A stretch of DNA of 64,000 nt, from positions 11,091-75,090 of the forward strand of contig CADCGZ010000001.1 in NCBI GenBank assembly GCA_902801025.1. Direction: 5' to 3'. Each line of letters begins with the position of its first letter. The first letter of the stretch is position 1. This document shows positions 47,502-55,793 of this stretch, in pieces. Made by a program: the position numbers and the translations under genes. Origin of the DNA: an uncultured bacterium (GTDB taxonomy: Bacteria > Verrucomicrobiota > Kiritimatiellia > RFP12 > UBA1067). The notes beneath the pieces are model-generated. The model worked only from the letters and a program-made list of their open reading frames with translations. It did no database searches and was not told the DNA's origin.

Positions 47502-47567
47502 ACTGGCAAGTGAAATTCAACCGAAACCAACCATGAGAAAATCTGCACGCCAGTCCGAAGCATCCAC

Positions 47568-47591
47568 GCTCTGCGGCTCTGCGCCTCTGCG
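47568..47591 (+). repeat. 3 x 8-bp CTCTGCGN tandem words in the recA leader
   Basis: CTCTGCGG CTCTGCGC CTCTGCGT then TAAG. This matches the right arm of the 37329-37442 element. No complementary left arm is present. Confidence 0.85.
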
Positions 47592-47608
47592 TTAAGACAT
47601 TTCAAACA

Positions 47609-48637
47609 ATGGCAACGAAAGAAACAGTGAAGAAGTCCGGCAACACCGCGCTTGACGCGGTGATGAGCCAGATCCGCAAGGAATTCGGCGAGATGGCGAT
47701 TATGCGTCTCGGCGACCAGGAAGTGAAGTCCATCCCCGTGATCTCCACGGGCGCCCTCTCCTTGGACATGGCGCTTGGCGTCGGCGGGCTCCCGCGCGGG
47801 CGCATCGTCGAGTGCTACGGCCAGGAGTCATCGGGCAAGACGACGCTCGCCCTGCATGTCGTCGCGAACGCCCAGAAGGCGGGCGGCGTCGCGGCGTTCA
47901 TCGACGCGGAGCACGCGCTTGACCCCGGCTATGCGAAGCAGATCGGCGTCGATCTCGACAACTTGATCGTCTCCCAGCCGAACAGCGGAGAGGAAGCGCT
48001 TACGATTTGCGAGCAGCTCGCGAAGTCGGGCGCCCTCGACGTGATCGTGGTCGACTCGGTCGCGGCGCTCGTTCCGCAGGCCGAGATCGACGGCAACATG
48101 GGCGACAGCCACATGGGGCTTCAGGCGCGCCTCATGTCGCAGGCGATGAGAAAGCTCACGGCCGTCGTCGCGCAGACGAAGACGCTCATCATCTTCACGA
48201 ACCAGGTGCGCGAAAAGATCGGCGTGATGTTCGGCAATCCCGAAACGACGCCCGGCGGCAAGGCGCTCAAGTTCTACGCGAGCTGCCGCCTCCAGGTGCA
48301 GAGGATCGGCGCGATCAAGAATCCCGCCGGGCAGGTCGTCGGCAACAGGACGCGCGTCAAGGTCGTGAAGAACAAGGTCGCTCCGCCTTTCACCGAGGCC
48401 GAGTTCGACATCCTCTACACTTGCGGCATCTCCTACGAGGGCTCGGTCCTCGACGCGGCGCTTGCGCGCGGAGTCGTCGAGAAGCGCGGCAGCTGGCTTT
48501 CCTTCGGCGACGAGCAGCTTGCGCAGGGAGCGCTTGCGACGATCGAGTACTTGAAGGCGAATCCCGACGTGACGGCGAAGATCGTCGGGCTCGTGAAGTC
48601 CACGCCGGTCAATCCTGCGTTGGCTAAGAGGAAGTAA
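47609..48637 (+). CDS. recA: recombinase RecA
   Basis: 342 aa. Walker [13 protein letters not shown]; [18 protein letters not shown] and [22 protein letters not shown] are present. Confidence 0.97.
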   Translation: MATKETVKKSGNTALDAVMSQIRKEFGEMAIMRLGDQEVKSIPVISTGALSLDMALGVGGLPRGRIVECYGQESSGKTTLALHVVANAQKAGGVAAFIDAEHALDPGYAKQIGVDLDNLIVSQPNSGEEALTICEQLAKSGALDVIVVDSVAALVPQAEIDGNMGDSHMGLQARLMSQAMRKLTAVVAQTKTLIIFTNQVREKIGVMFGNPETTPGGKALKFYASCRLQVQRIGAIKNPAGQVVGNRTRVKVVKNKVAPPFTEAEFDILYTCGISYEGSVLDAALARGVVEKRGSWLSFGDEQLAQGALATIEYLKANPDVTAKIVGLVKSTPVNPALAKRK

Positions 48638-48662
48638 AAGATTTTGCGAGTCCCGGACGAGA

Positions 48663-48752
48663 GGAGGGTTGGCGGAGTGGTTGAACGCGGCGGTCTTGAA
48701 AACCGTTGAGGATGCAAGTCCTCCGGGGGTTCGAATCCCTCACCCTCCGCCA
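48663..48752 (+). tRNA. tRNA-Ser (anticodon UGA), CCA encoded
   Basis: Acceptor GGAGGGT/ACCCTCC. Anticodon loop CTTGAAA on stem GCGGT/ACCGT. Long variable arm GAGGATGCAAGTCCTCC. T-arm GGGGGTTCGAATCCCTC. Confidence 0.9.
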
Positions 48753-48785
48753 CTTTGGAGTGACTTTTAAAAAAGGAGACAAAAA

Positions 48786-49949
48786 ATGAAGAAGACCGTC
48801 ATCGTCAACGCGCACGTCGTTTCCCCCGGCGTCGACATCGAGAACGCCACGATATTCGTCGAGGGCAAGAAGATAAAGAAGGTCGTCAAGGGCTCCAAGC
48901 CCGTCAAGTCCGACGCGAACACGACCGTCGTCGACGTTCGCGGGCAGTACGTGATGCCTGGCTTCATCGACGTCCACACCCACGGTGCGCTCGGCTACGA
49001 TTTCTGCGACGCCGACCCCAAGGCGGTCTTCGAGTTCGCGAAGGCGAAACTCCAGGAAGGCGTGACGACCGTTCTCCCGACCACGCTCACCGTCTCCAAC
49101 GGCGAGCTCAAGGCAGCGGCGAAAAACGCCAAGGCCTACGCCGACGCGGGCATGCCCTATGCGAAGGTTCCCGGCATCCACCTCGAGGGCCCGTTCATCA
49201 ACGTCAAGTGCTGCGGCGCGCAGAACCCGAAGTTCGTCCGCAGGCCCGACATCAAGGAAGTGAAGGAGATCGCGAAGGTCTATCCCGTGAAGCTCATCTC
49301 CTATGCCGTCGAGACCGAGGGCGGCGACAAGTTTGCGAAGGAGTGCTTCAAGGCCGGCGTCGTTCCGAGCTGCGGCCACACGGGCGCCAAGTTCGCCGAC
49401 CTCAAGAAGGCGTACAAGAACGGCCTCCGCCACATGACGCATTTCTGCAACCAGATGACGCCGCTCCACCACCGCGAGATCGGCATGGTCGGCGCGGGCT
49501 TTCTCGTCGAGGACCTCAACACCGAGGTCATCTGCGACAAGATCCACCTTTGCCCCGACATGCTCAACCTCATCTTCACGCGTCGTAGTCTCGCGCACAT
49601 CCAGATGATCACCGACTCGCTCCGCTGCTCGCACTGCAAGGACGGCTACGCGTTTACGATGGGCGGCCTCGAGGTCAAGCTCGAGAACGGCGAGGCGCGT
49701 CTCGTCAAGGGCGGCAACCTCGCGGGCTCGACTCTCTGGATGGGCATGGGCCTCAAGAACGTCCACGACGTCACCGGCATACCGCTCAAGGACCTCGTCC
49801 GCACGACCTCGTGGAACCAGGCCATCGAGCTCGGCTGGGGCAAGAAGCTCGGCAAGGTCGAGAAGGGGTTCATAGCCGATCTCGTCGTGATCAATCCGCG
49901 CAGCTGGAAGCCGTCGGCCGTCTTCATTGACGGCGAACAGCGCATTTGA
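48786..49949 (+). CDS. nagA: N-acetylglucosamine-6-phosphate deacetylase
   Basis: 387 aa. AAGGAGA RBS 8 nt upstream. The GFIDVHTHG metal motif and the overall amidohydrolase/NagA pattern (HLEGPF, GHT.A) are present. Confidence 0.9.
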   Translation: MKKTVIVNAHVVSPGVDIENATIFVEGKKIKKVVKGSKPVKSDANTTVVDVRGQYVMPGFIDVHTHGALGYDFCDADPKAVFEFAKAKLQEGVTTVLPTTLTVSNGELKAAAKNAKAYADAGMPYAKVPGIHLEGPFINVKCCGAQNPKFVRRPDIKEVKEIAKVYPVKLISYAVETEGGDKFAKECFKAGVVPSCGHTGAKFADLKKAYKNGLRHMTHFCNQMTPLHHREIGMVGAGFLVEDLNTEVICDKIHLCPDMLNLIFTRRSLAHIQMITDSLRCSHCKDGYAFTMGGLEVKLENGEARLVKGGNLAGSTLWMGMGLKNVHDVTGIPLKDLVRTTSWNQAIELGWGKKLGKVEKGFIADLVVINPRSWKPSAVFIDGEQRI

Positions 49950-49971
49950 TACAATACGCGCCGAACGATTT

Positions 49972-50062
49972 GGAGAGATGGCCGAGTGGCTGAAGGCAAC
50001 GGTTTGCTAAATCGTCGTACGGGTTAATTTCCGTACCGAGGGTTCGAATCCCTCTCTCTCCG
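49972..50062 (+). tRNA. tRNA-Ser (anticodon GCU), CCA not encoded
   Basis: Acceptor GGAGAGA/TCTCTCC. Anticodon loop TTGCTAA on stem ACGGT/ATCGT. Long variable arm. T-arm GAGGGTTCGAATCCCTC. Preceded by TGATACAAT (49947-49955). Confidence 0.9.
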
Positions 50063-50151
50063 CGCGTCGGTGCTGCCTGACGCCGCTTGGCCCCGACGCG
50101 GAGCTGCCGCTCGGCCAGCCCAACGTCTTCAAGCGACCCTATCCGACGAGG

Positions 50152-51381
50152 ATGGGGCAGCTTGGGCCGCTCTTCTCGTGCGTGCCCTCGATGCAGAACT
50201 TCCCGCGCCAGGTGAACGCAGGCGAGAACCAGGACCTCTACTTCGCGACGCAGCTCGCGTTCGACGCGCTCGCCGACGCGGGGCTTCGCCCGCACTCGCC
50301 GACTTCCGTAAAGGGCAGCGTGCGCGTCGGCTACGCGCCGCCGTTCAACGCCTCGACGGTGAACTGGCTCCAGCATACGGCGTTCCTCGACCAGACGATG
50401 GACATCATTCGCCGCTTCTTGCCGCATGCGCCCGAGGATTCGCTCGGCGTCGTGAAGGAGAAGCTTGTGGAGTCCCTTCCCGCGCCGAACGCGTCTTCCT
50501 TCCTTCTCGGCACTGGCTACCGCTTCGCGTCGTGGATTGCGCGCGAGTGTTCCTTTGCGGGCGTGGCGACGACGATGGACGCGGGGCTTCTAACCGGCGC
50601 TGCGACTTTGCAGGATGCGATGGCCGACCTCGTTTCGGGGCAGGCAGACGTCGCCCTCGCGGGCGCGCTCACGCCGCCGATTCCTCGCGCCTACCTCGAG
50701 GGGCTCTCGGGCGAGGTGCTTTTTTCGACGCGCACGGAGCTCTATCCCTTCGCACAGGATCAGGACGGCACGATTCCCGGCGAGGGCGGCGCGTTCTTCG
50801 TCTTGAAGCGTCGCGCCGACGCGCTGCGCGACCATGATCGCATCTATGCCAACATCCGTTCCGTCGCGATAGGCCACAACCCCGAGGACGATCCGTCTGC
50901 CATTTTCGCCCAGGCGACGAAGGACAGCGGCATCCCCGTCAAGACAATCGGGCTCATAGAGGCGGATGGCACTGGAATTGCGGTCTCCGAGCAGCGCGAG
51001 ATCGACGCCGTCCACCGGCTCTGGGGCGAACACCGTCCCGGCGGGCCGCTTGTCGCGATGGGGTCCGTGAAGGGCAACATAGGACACACGCTCCGCGCGG
51101 CCATGGCCGCAGGCGTCGCGAAGGCCGCGCTTGCGCTTTTCCACCGCGTCCTGCCGCCACAGATTTCGCCGGAGCGGCCGCACGAGTCGCTTGCAAACCT
51201 CTCGTCGAGCGTCTATCTCCTCGACGAGGCGCGTCCGTGGATAACGGGCGACAGCTCGAGCCCGCGCCGCGCCGTAGTGCTTGGCGCGAACTTTGACGCG
51301 ACCGATCCCATTGGCAATGCCTCGAAGGGCGGTCGCGCCGCCGCAATCGTGCTTGAAGAGGAACCGGAGGACCGGCTGTGA
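50152..51381 (+). CDS. ketosynthase-like protein, N-terminally short, with catalytic Cys and first His substituted (predicted inactive)
   Basis: 409 aa. GVATTMDAGLLTGAATLQDAMADLVSGQADVALAGA aligns without gaps to the KS motif G.AVTVDTACSSSLVALHLA.Q.LR.GECD.ALAGG, giving Cys->Leu. EADGTG replaces EAHGTG (His->Asp). KGNIGHT is retained. The C-terminal AAAIVLEE is KS-like. Confidence 0.8.
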   Translation: MGQLGPLFSCVPSMQNFPRQVNAGENQDLYFATQLAFDALADAGLRPHSPTSVKGSVRVGYAPPFNASTVNWLQHTAFLDQTMDIIRRFLPHAPEDSLGVVKEKLVESLPAPNASSFLLGTGYRFASWIARECSFAGVATTMDAGLLTGAATLQDAMADLVSGQADVALAGALTPPIPRAYLEGLSGEVLFSTRTELYPFAQDQDGTIPGEGGAFFVLKRRADALRDHDRIYANIRSVAIGHNPEDDPSAIFAQATKDSGIPVKTIGLIEADGTGIAVSEQREIDAVHRLWGEHRPGGPLVAMGSVKGNIGHTLRAAMAAGVAKAALALFHRVLPPQISPERPHESLANLSSSVYLLDEARPWITGDSSSPRRAVVLGANFDATDPIGNASKGGRAAAIVLEEEPEDRL

Positions 51382-54300
51382 CGGCGGAATTCGGAGCGAT
51401 GGGAAGGGTTGAGCTCGTCCTTGTCTCGGCGGCGGACGACGAGGCGCTTGTCGCCGAGATCTCCCGCCTTGCGGCGTTTCTCGACCGCATTCCCGACGCG
51501 CCTCTCGCAGACGTCGCCTACACTTGCTCCCTTACGCGCGGCGACGCCGTTCTCGCGCTTGTAGTCTCAAGCGTCAACGAGCTGAGGGTGCGGCTTCTCT
51601 CCGCGCGTTCGCGCATTGCGTCGGGCACGGCGAAGATACGCGACAAGAGCGGCACTTACTACTTCCGCGAGCATCTCGTCGGCGAAGGAACTGGGAAGCT
51701 CGCGTTCGTCTACCCGGGCGTGATGAGCTACTATCCCGACATGCTCCGCGACATCGCGATCCTCCATCCGGAGTGCCGCACGCCGTTTGACGAGCTCGAA
51801 GAGGCGCTTTCCGACAATCCCGACTTCACGCCGTCAAGCTTCATCTTCCCGCCCGCTCCCTACTACCGCCACGACGCCGACATCTTCAGCTCCGGCGCGT
51901 ATGCGCAGGCGTTCGTCGCGTCGTTCGCCGGCTGCGTCGCCCTGTCTCGGCTCCTTGGCCGCCTCGGCGTCCAGCCCGACGGCGTCGTCGGCTGCGTCGG
52001 CGGCGATCTTGCCGCGGTTATGCGCTCCGGTGCGGCTGGCATTGACAACCCTCGGCCGGTCAGGGTGCGCGCAATCCGCGACATCTACAAGATCGTCGAC
52101 AAGGCGGTGGACCATTCGGGGCTTCCCAAGACGTCGATGATCTCCGTCCTCCTCAAGCACGAGGGCGAGGCCGACGAAGTGGTGAAGGGCTTTCCCGCAG
52201 ACAAGGTCGCGCTTGCGCTCGACTTCTCTCCGCGCCAGCGCACCTACGCCATCGCGCCAGACTACGAGGAGACGGCGCTAAAGGCGTTTGCCGACGCAGG
52301 CATCCGCACGATGAAGCTCGCGCTCGAGCGGCCCTTCAACACGTCGAAGTGCAAGCCGATAGTCGCGGGCGTCAAGAAGTTCGCCGGCGACTGGATGAAG
52401 CACGAGTCGGTGTGCGACGTCTATTCTTGCGCCCAGGCCGAGAAGCTTCCGAGAAAGGCGCGTCCCGCGCGCAACGACACCGCCGAGCGCTGGGCGCAGC
52501 CGGTGAGGTTCCGCGAGACAATTCTCAAGATGTACGCCGACGGCTACCGCGTGTTCCTCGAGGTCGGTCCGCGCGGGCTGATGACTACGGCGGTCTCCGA
52601 GACGTTGAAGGGCTCCGACTTCGCGGCGATTGCGCTCAACTCGATACACCGTCGCGGAGTCCTGCAGGCGTGCCACGCGCTCGGGCAGCTTGCAGCGTAC
52701 GGCGTGAAATTCGACTTCTCGAAGTCGTTCGAGCGCCGTCGCGCGAGAAAGCTCGACTTTGACTCCGCCCTGTCGCTCGAAGTGCGCCGCGACGCGGAGA
52801 TGCGCCTTTCGAGCGCGTTCCCGCGGCTTACGCTCCTTGGCGACGAGTCCTTCCTGCAGGGCGCTAACTTCCTCGTAGAGCCGACGGGCCGCGGCGCAAA
52901 GGCCGCGCAGAGGGCGGCGGCGGCCGCGGCGAAGGCCCGCCGCCAGAGGCAGTTCGACTTCGGCGCCGCGAACCCGCTTGTCTCAGACGCGGACGTCCTT
53001 GCGCAGAGCCCGGGCGTCTCGATTGAGATCTCGAAGACTTTTCGCATTTCCGATGCGCCGTTCCTCGCGGACTTTGCGCTCGGCGCGAGCCAGCTTTCCT
53101 ATTCCGACCCGAACCTCAAGGGACTCGTCATGCTGTCGATTCCCGTTGCCGCAGAGATGATGGCAGAGGTCGCGCGGATGCTCGTTCCGAACAGGACGCT
53201 CGTTTCAATCGAGAATCTGGGCTGCAGGCGCATGGTCGCGTTTACCGGCGGCGAACTGAAGCTTTTCATAAAGGCCGAGCGCGTCGCCTCTGGAGACGCA
53301 AAACTTGCGGCCGTCAAGGTTCAGATACGCGACGACTCGCCGAACTCCGCCTATACGTGGCCCGTCATGGACGGCGTGTTTGTCATGGCCGACGGCCACG
53401 CCCCGGCGGTGCCGGCGTCTGCGCCTCCGATGTTCAAGCCGCGCAGCGTCCACTGGTCGGGCCGCGACATATATCCCTCTCGGCTCTGCTACGGCCGGCG
53501 GCTTAGGGGCATCCGCTTCGTCGAGTCGTGGAGCGAGTCTGGGCTCGACTACGAGGTCGAGGTTCCGTCGCTTTCCGACGCCGTAGTCTTCACGCGCTTC
53601 CCGCTGTGGGTCGTGAATCCGATTCTCCTCGGCGCCATCACGAGCGGCTTCGCGCTTTGGCGCAGCCACGAGAAGTTCGTCGGCGCCTTCTCCTTCCCGT
53701 TCCGCCTGCGGAAGCTCGCGCTTCACGGCGCCCAGCCACACGAGGGCACGCGGCTCAAGTGCTATCTGCGGCTCACTGGCGTGACGCCGAAGTCGCACGT
53801 CTGCGACATCACGGCCACGGACGGCAACGGTGTCGCCATAATGTCCCTCTCCGGCTGGGAGGAGCTCACCGAGCGCGTTCCCGCGGAGTACCGCGAACTA
53901 GTCCTCCAGCCGGCCAACGCGTTTCTCACACGCCGTGTCTCGACCGACATGCTCGGAGACCCCGCGACCGACGTCGCGAGCGCGTTCATCACCGACGTCC
54001 CGTATCCGATCTTCGAGCGGAACGAGGAGCTTTGGCTGAAGACGCTCTCCAACGTCGTCCTCGGCTCGCAGGAGCGCGAAGAGTTTCGCAACATGCCGGG
54101 CTCCACGTCTCGTCGCACCGAGTGGCTGTTCGGGCGCGTCGCCGCGAAGGAGGCCGTCCGGCGGTATTTGAAGGACTTCCACCAGGCGAGGTGGAGCGAC
54201 GCCGACATACAGATCTGGCGCGACGACGCGGGCAAGCCCCACGCGCTCGGCGAATGGGGCGACCGCCTTTCCTCGAAGATCGACATAGCGATCGCGCACA

Positions 54301-54704
54301 CGGCGCAGTTCATCATCGCGCTCGCGGCGGCGAACGCGCGCGTCGGCGTAGATGTCGAATCCGTCGCCCGCGACCTTTCCGAGGAGTTCACGGCGGGCGT
54401 GTTTGTTCCCGAGGAACTCGAGTTGGCGGCGAATGCGGCGAATGCGGCGCAGGCGATAATCCGCTTCTGGTGCGCGAAGGAGGCCGTCTCCAAGGCGCTC
54501 GGCACCGGCATTCGCTACAGTCCGCGCGAGATGCACGTCACCGAATACCAGCCGGACACCGGCCGGCTCGCCGTCCGCTTGGAGGGCGCGTGGCTCGACG
54601 CCTTCAAGAAGTTCCGCGGCCGCGACATCGACGTCGTGTCGCGCGTGATGCGCGACCATGCGCTCGCCTTCTGTTTCATTCCAATGACGCTGTTCGATGA
54701 GTAG
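51378..54704 (+). CDS. multidomain PKS-like protein: KS-AT linker + acyltransferase-like (Ser-less) + double-hotdog DH-like (His-less) + C-terminal 4'-phosphopantetheinyl transferase domain
   Basis: 1108 aa, with GTGA start/stop overlap. FVYPGVMSYYPDM replaces FPGQGSQ. GVVGCVGGDLAA replaces GHSxGE. RVFLEVGPRG is AT-like. FLADFALG..LSIPVAAEMMAEVA resembles the DH HxxxGxxxxP region but has no His. PPTase motifs GKPHAL, VGVDVE and FWCAKEAVSKALGTG are intact. I found no carrier-protein GxDS motif. Confidence 0.8.
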   Translation: MTAEFGAMGRVELVLVSAADDEALVAEISRLAAFLDRIPDAPLADVAYTCSLTRGDAVLALVVSSVNELRVRLLSARSRIASGTAKIRDKSGTYYFREHLVGEGTGKLAFVYPGVMSYYPDMLRDIAILHPECRTPFDELEEALSDNPDFTPSSFIFPPAPYYRHDADIFSSGAYAQAFVASFAGCVALSRLLGRLGVQPDGVVGCVGGDLAAVMRSGAAGIDNPRPVRVRAIRDIYKIVDKAVDHSGLPKTSMISVLLKHEGEADEVVKGFPADKVALALDFSPRQRTYAIAPDYEETALKAFADAGIRTMKLALERPFNTSKCKPIVAGVKKFAGDWMKHESVCDVYSCAQAEKLPRKARPARNDTAERWAQPVRFRETILKMYADGYRVFLEVGPRGLMTTAVSETLKGSDFAAIALNSIHRRGVLQACHALGQLAAYGVKFDFSKSFERRRARKLDFDSALSLEVRRDAEMRLSSAFPRLTLLGDESFLQGANFLVEPTGRGAKAAQRAAAAAAKARRQRQFDFGAANPLVSDADVLAQSPGVSIEISKTFRISDAPFLADFALGASQLSYSDPNLKGLVMLSIPVAAEMMAEVARMLVPNRTLVSIENLGCRRMVAFTGGELKLFIKAERVASGDAKLAAVKVQIRDDSPNSAYTWPVMDGVFVMADGHAPAVPASAPPMFKPRSVHWSGRDIYPSRLCYGRRLRGIRFVESWSESGLDYEVEVPSLSDAVVFTRFPLWVVNPILLGAITSGFALWRSHEKFVGAFSFPFRLRKLALHGAQPHEGTRLKCYLRLTGVTPKSHVCDITATDGNGVAIMSLSGWEELTERVPAEYRELVLQPANAFLTRRVSTDMLGDPATDVASAFITDVPYPIFERNEELWLKTLSNVVLGSQEREEFRNMPGSTSRRTEWLFGRVAAKEAVRRYLKDFHQARWSDADIQIWRDDAGKPHALGEWGDRLSSKIDIAIAHTAQFIIALAAANARVGVDVESVARDLSEEFTAGVFVPEELELAANAANAAQAIIRFWCAKEAVSKALGTGIRYSPREMHVTEYQPDTGRLAVRLEGAWLDAFKKFRGRDIDVVSRVMRDHALAFCFIPMTLFDE

Positions 54705-55467
54705 CAGGGATCCGTTTGGTGAGTTGGCGCCGCGCCGTTCGCTGCCGCCGGGGCTTAAGCAGAGGTTTCCCGACCGCGTGCTCGTGATGACGACGGACCG
54801 CTGCTTCGGCGCTTGCACGCACTGCACCAGGAAGTTCATTCTCGGGAAGTCGCCTGTCGTTGACTCGGCCGAGCGGCTTGCCGCCTGCGTCGACTACGTG
54901 AAGCGCCATCCGAAAGTGCGCGATGTGCTTCTTTCCGGTGGCGACGTCCTCACGCTTTCCGATGCGAAAGTGGCGAAGTTCGTCGAGGCGTTTGCGAAGC
55001 TCGACCAGATCGAGGTCGTTCGCGTCTGCACTCGCGCGCCGGTGTCGAATCCTGCGCGGATTACCGTTCGTCTCGCGCGGCTCTTGCGCCGCGTCGGGCG
55101 CGGCAAGGTTTGGGCGAATGTCCACGTCAACACGGCAGAAGAAGCGCGGGTCGCGCGCGAGGCGTCGGCGCGGCTTGTCGACTGCGGTATTCCCGTCTCG
55201 TCGCAGACGGTGCTTCTCCGTGGCGTGAACGACACGCCGCGCAAGATGCTATCTCTTCTCCGTGCGCTTTCCGCCGCGAGGATTCGGCCGTACTATGTCT
55301 TTCAGTGCGATCCGGTGGAAGGGCTTGTCGAGCGTTTCGGCGTTCCGCTCTCCCGCGCGAAACAAATCGAGGCTTACTGCGCCGAGCGCATTGGCGGCCT
55401 TGCGCTCCCGCGCTTCGTCGCCGACCTCCCCTCCGCCAAGCGTAAAACACCCCTCGACCTCCTCTAA
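54697..55467 (+). CDS. minimal KamA-family radical SAM protein (lysine-2,3-aminomutase-like core only, 256 aa)
   Basis: ATGAGTAG overlap with the upstream stop. FPDRVLVMTTDRCFGACTHCTRK carries the CX3CX2C motif. DVLLSGGD, VLLRGVND, RPYYVFQCD and FVADLPSAKRKTPL parallel KamA. The protein lacks the ~100-aa N- and C-terminal extensions of KamA/EpmB. Confidence 0.85.
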   Translation: MSSRDPFGELAPRRSLPPGLKQRFPDRVLVMTTDRCFGACTHCTRKFILGKSPVVDSAERLAACVDYVKRHPKVRDVLLSGGDVLTLSDAKVAKFVEAFAKLDQIEVVRVCTRAPVSNPARITVRLARLLRRVGRGKVWANVHVNTAEEARVAREASARLVDCGIPVSSQTVLLRGVNDTPRKMLSLLRALSAARIRPYYVFQCDPVEGLVERFGVPLSRAKQIEAYCAERIGGLALPRFVADLPSAKRKTPLDLL

Positions 55468-55521
55468 CCAGCGCCTCATCCAAAAGTAAACGCGCGTTCT
55501 GAAAGTAAGCGCACAAGAATT

Positions 55522-55745
55522 AACTCCGATCGTTTGGGCTCTCGCTACCGCTCCGCTGCTTCGCGAGGCCTCAACGACAATCCAGTGAGTGGAATTGTCT
55601 TTTGGGGCCGCCTTCGGCAGAGGAGGTCTGGAGGAAACCTCCTCCAGCTTAAAGACAATCAGCATCATTCAGCGAGAAACGAATGATGGGCGCGAAGCAA
55701 ATGTAATTCTGCGGAGCGGTAGCGAGAGCCCTGCTGATCGGAGTT
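55522..55745. repeat. long-stem hairpin element, copy A (224 bp)
   Basis: Left arm AACTCCGATCGTTTGGGCTCTCGCTACCGCTCCGCTGCTTCGCG (55522-55565). Right arm CGCGAAGCA..GCGGAGCGGTAGCGAGAGCCCTGCTGATCGGAGTT (55691-55745), including a perfect 21-bp pairing. The interior holds TTTTGGGG plus two hairpins (55600-55647). Confidence 0.9.
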
Positions 55746-55775
55746 TGTGAATCGATGAGAAACGCACTACAAGTA

Positions 55776-55784
55776 TGGTATAAT
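55776..55784 (+). promoter_or_regulatory. extended -10 promoter TGGTATAAT, 9 nt upstream of the parE-like ATG
   Basis: TATGGTATAATATCTGCTCTATG has the same geometry as the tkt promoter TATGGTATAATATACCCCCTATG. Confidence 0.5.
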
Positions 55785-55793
55785 ATCTGCTCT

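Noticed and set aside
50070-50837. 255-aa + strand ORF overlapping the KS-like gene, and similar alternate-frame ORFs (53528-54700, 61323-62846, 7272-8222)
   Set aside because: These are Arg/Ala/Gly-rich off-frame translations of genes whose other frame has clear homology.
55522-55745. Retron-like ncRNA (long flanking inverted repeats with internal hairpins)
   Set aside because: No reverse transcriptase ORF is adjacent to either copy, and copy B is nested in a MITE. A mobile hairpin or REP-like element is more parsimonious.
55755-55793. ORF-track start ATG 55755 for the parE-like gene
   Set aside because: The TGGTATAAT promoter (55776-55784) lies inside that extension. Homology to type IIA topoisomerase B subunits begins at MATDYGDKSIKTLD (ATG 55794).
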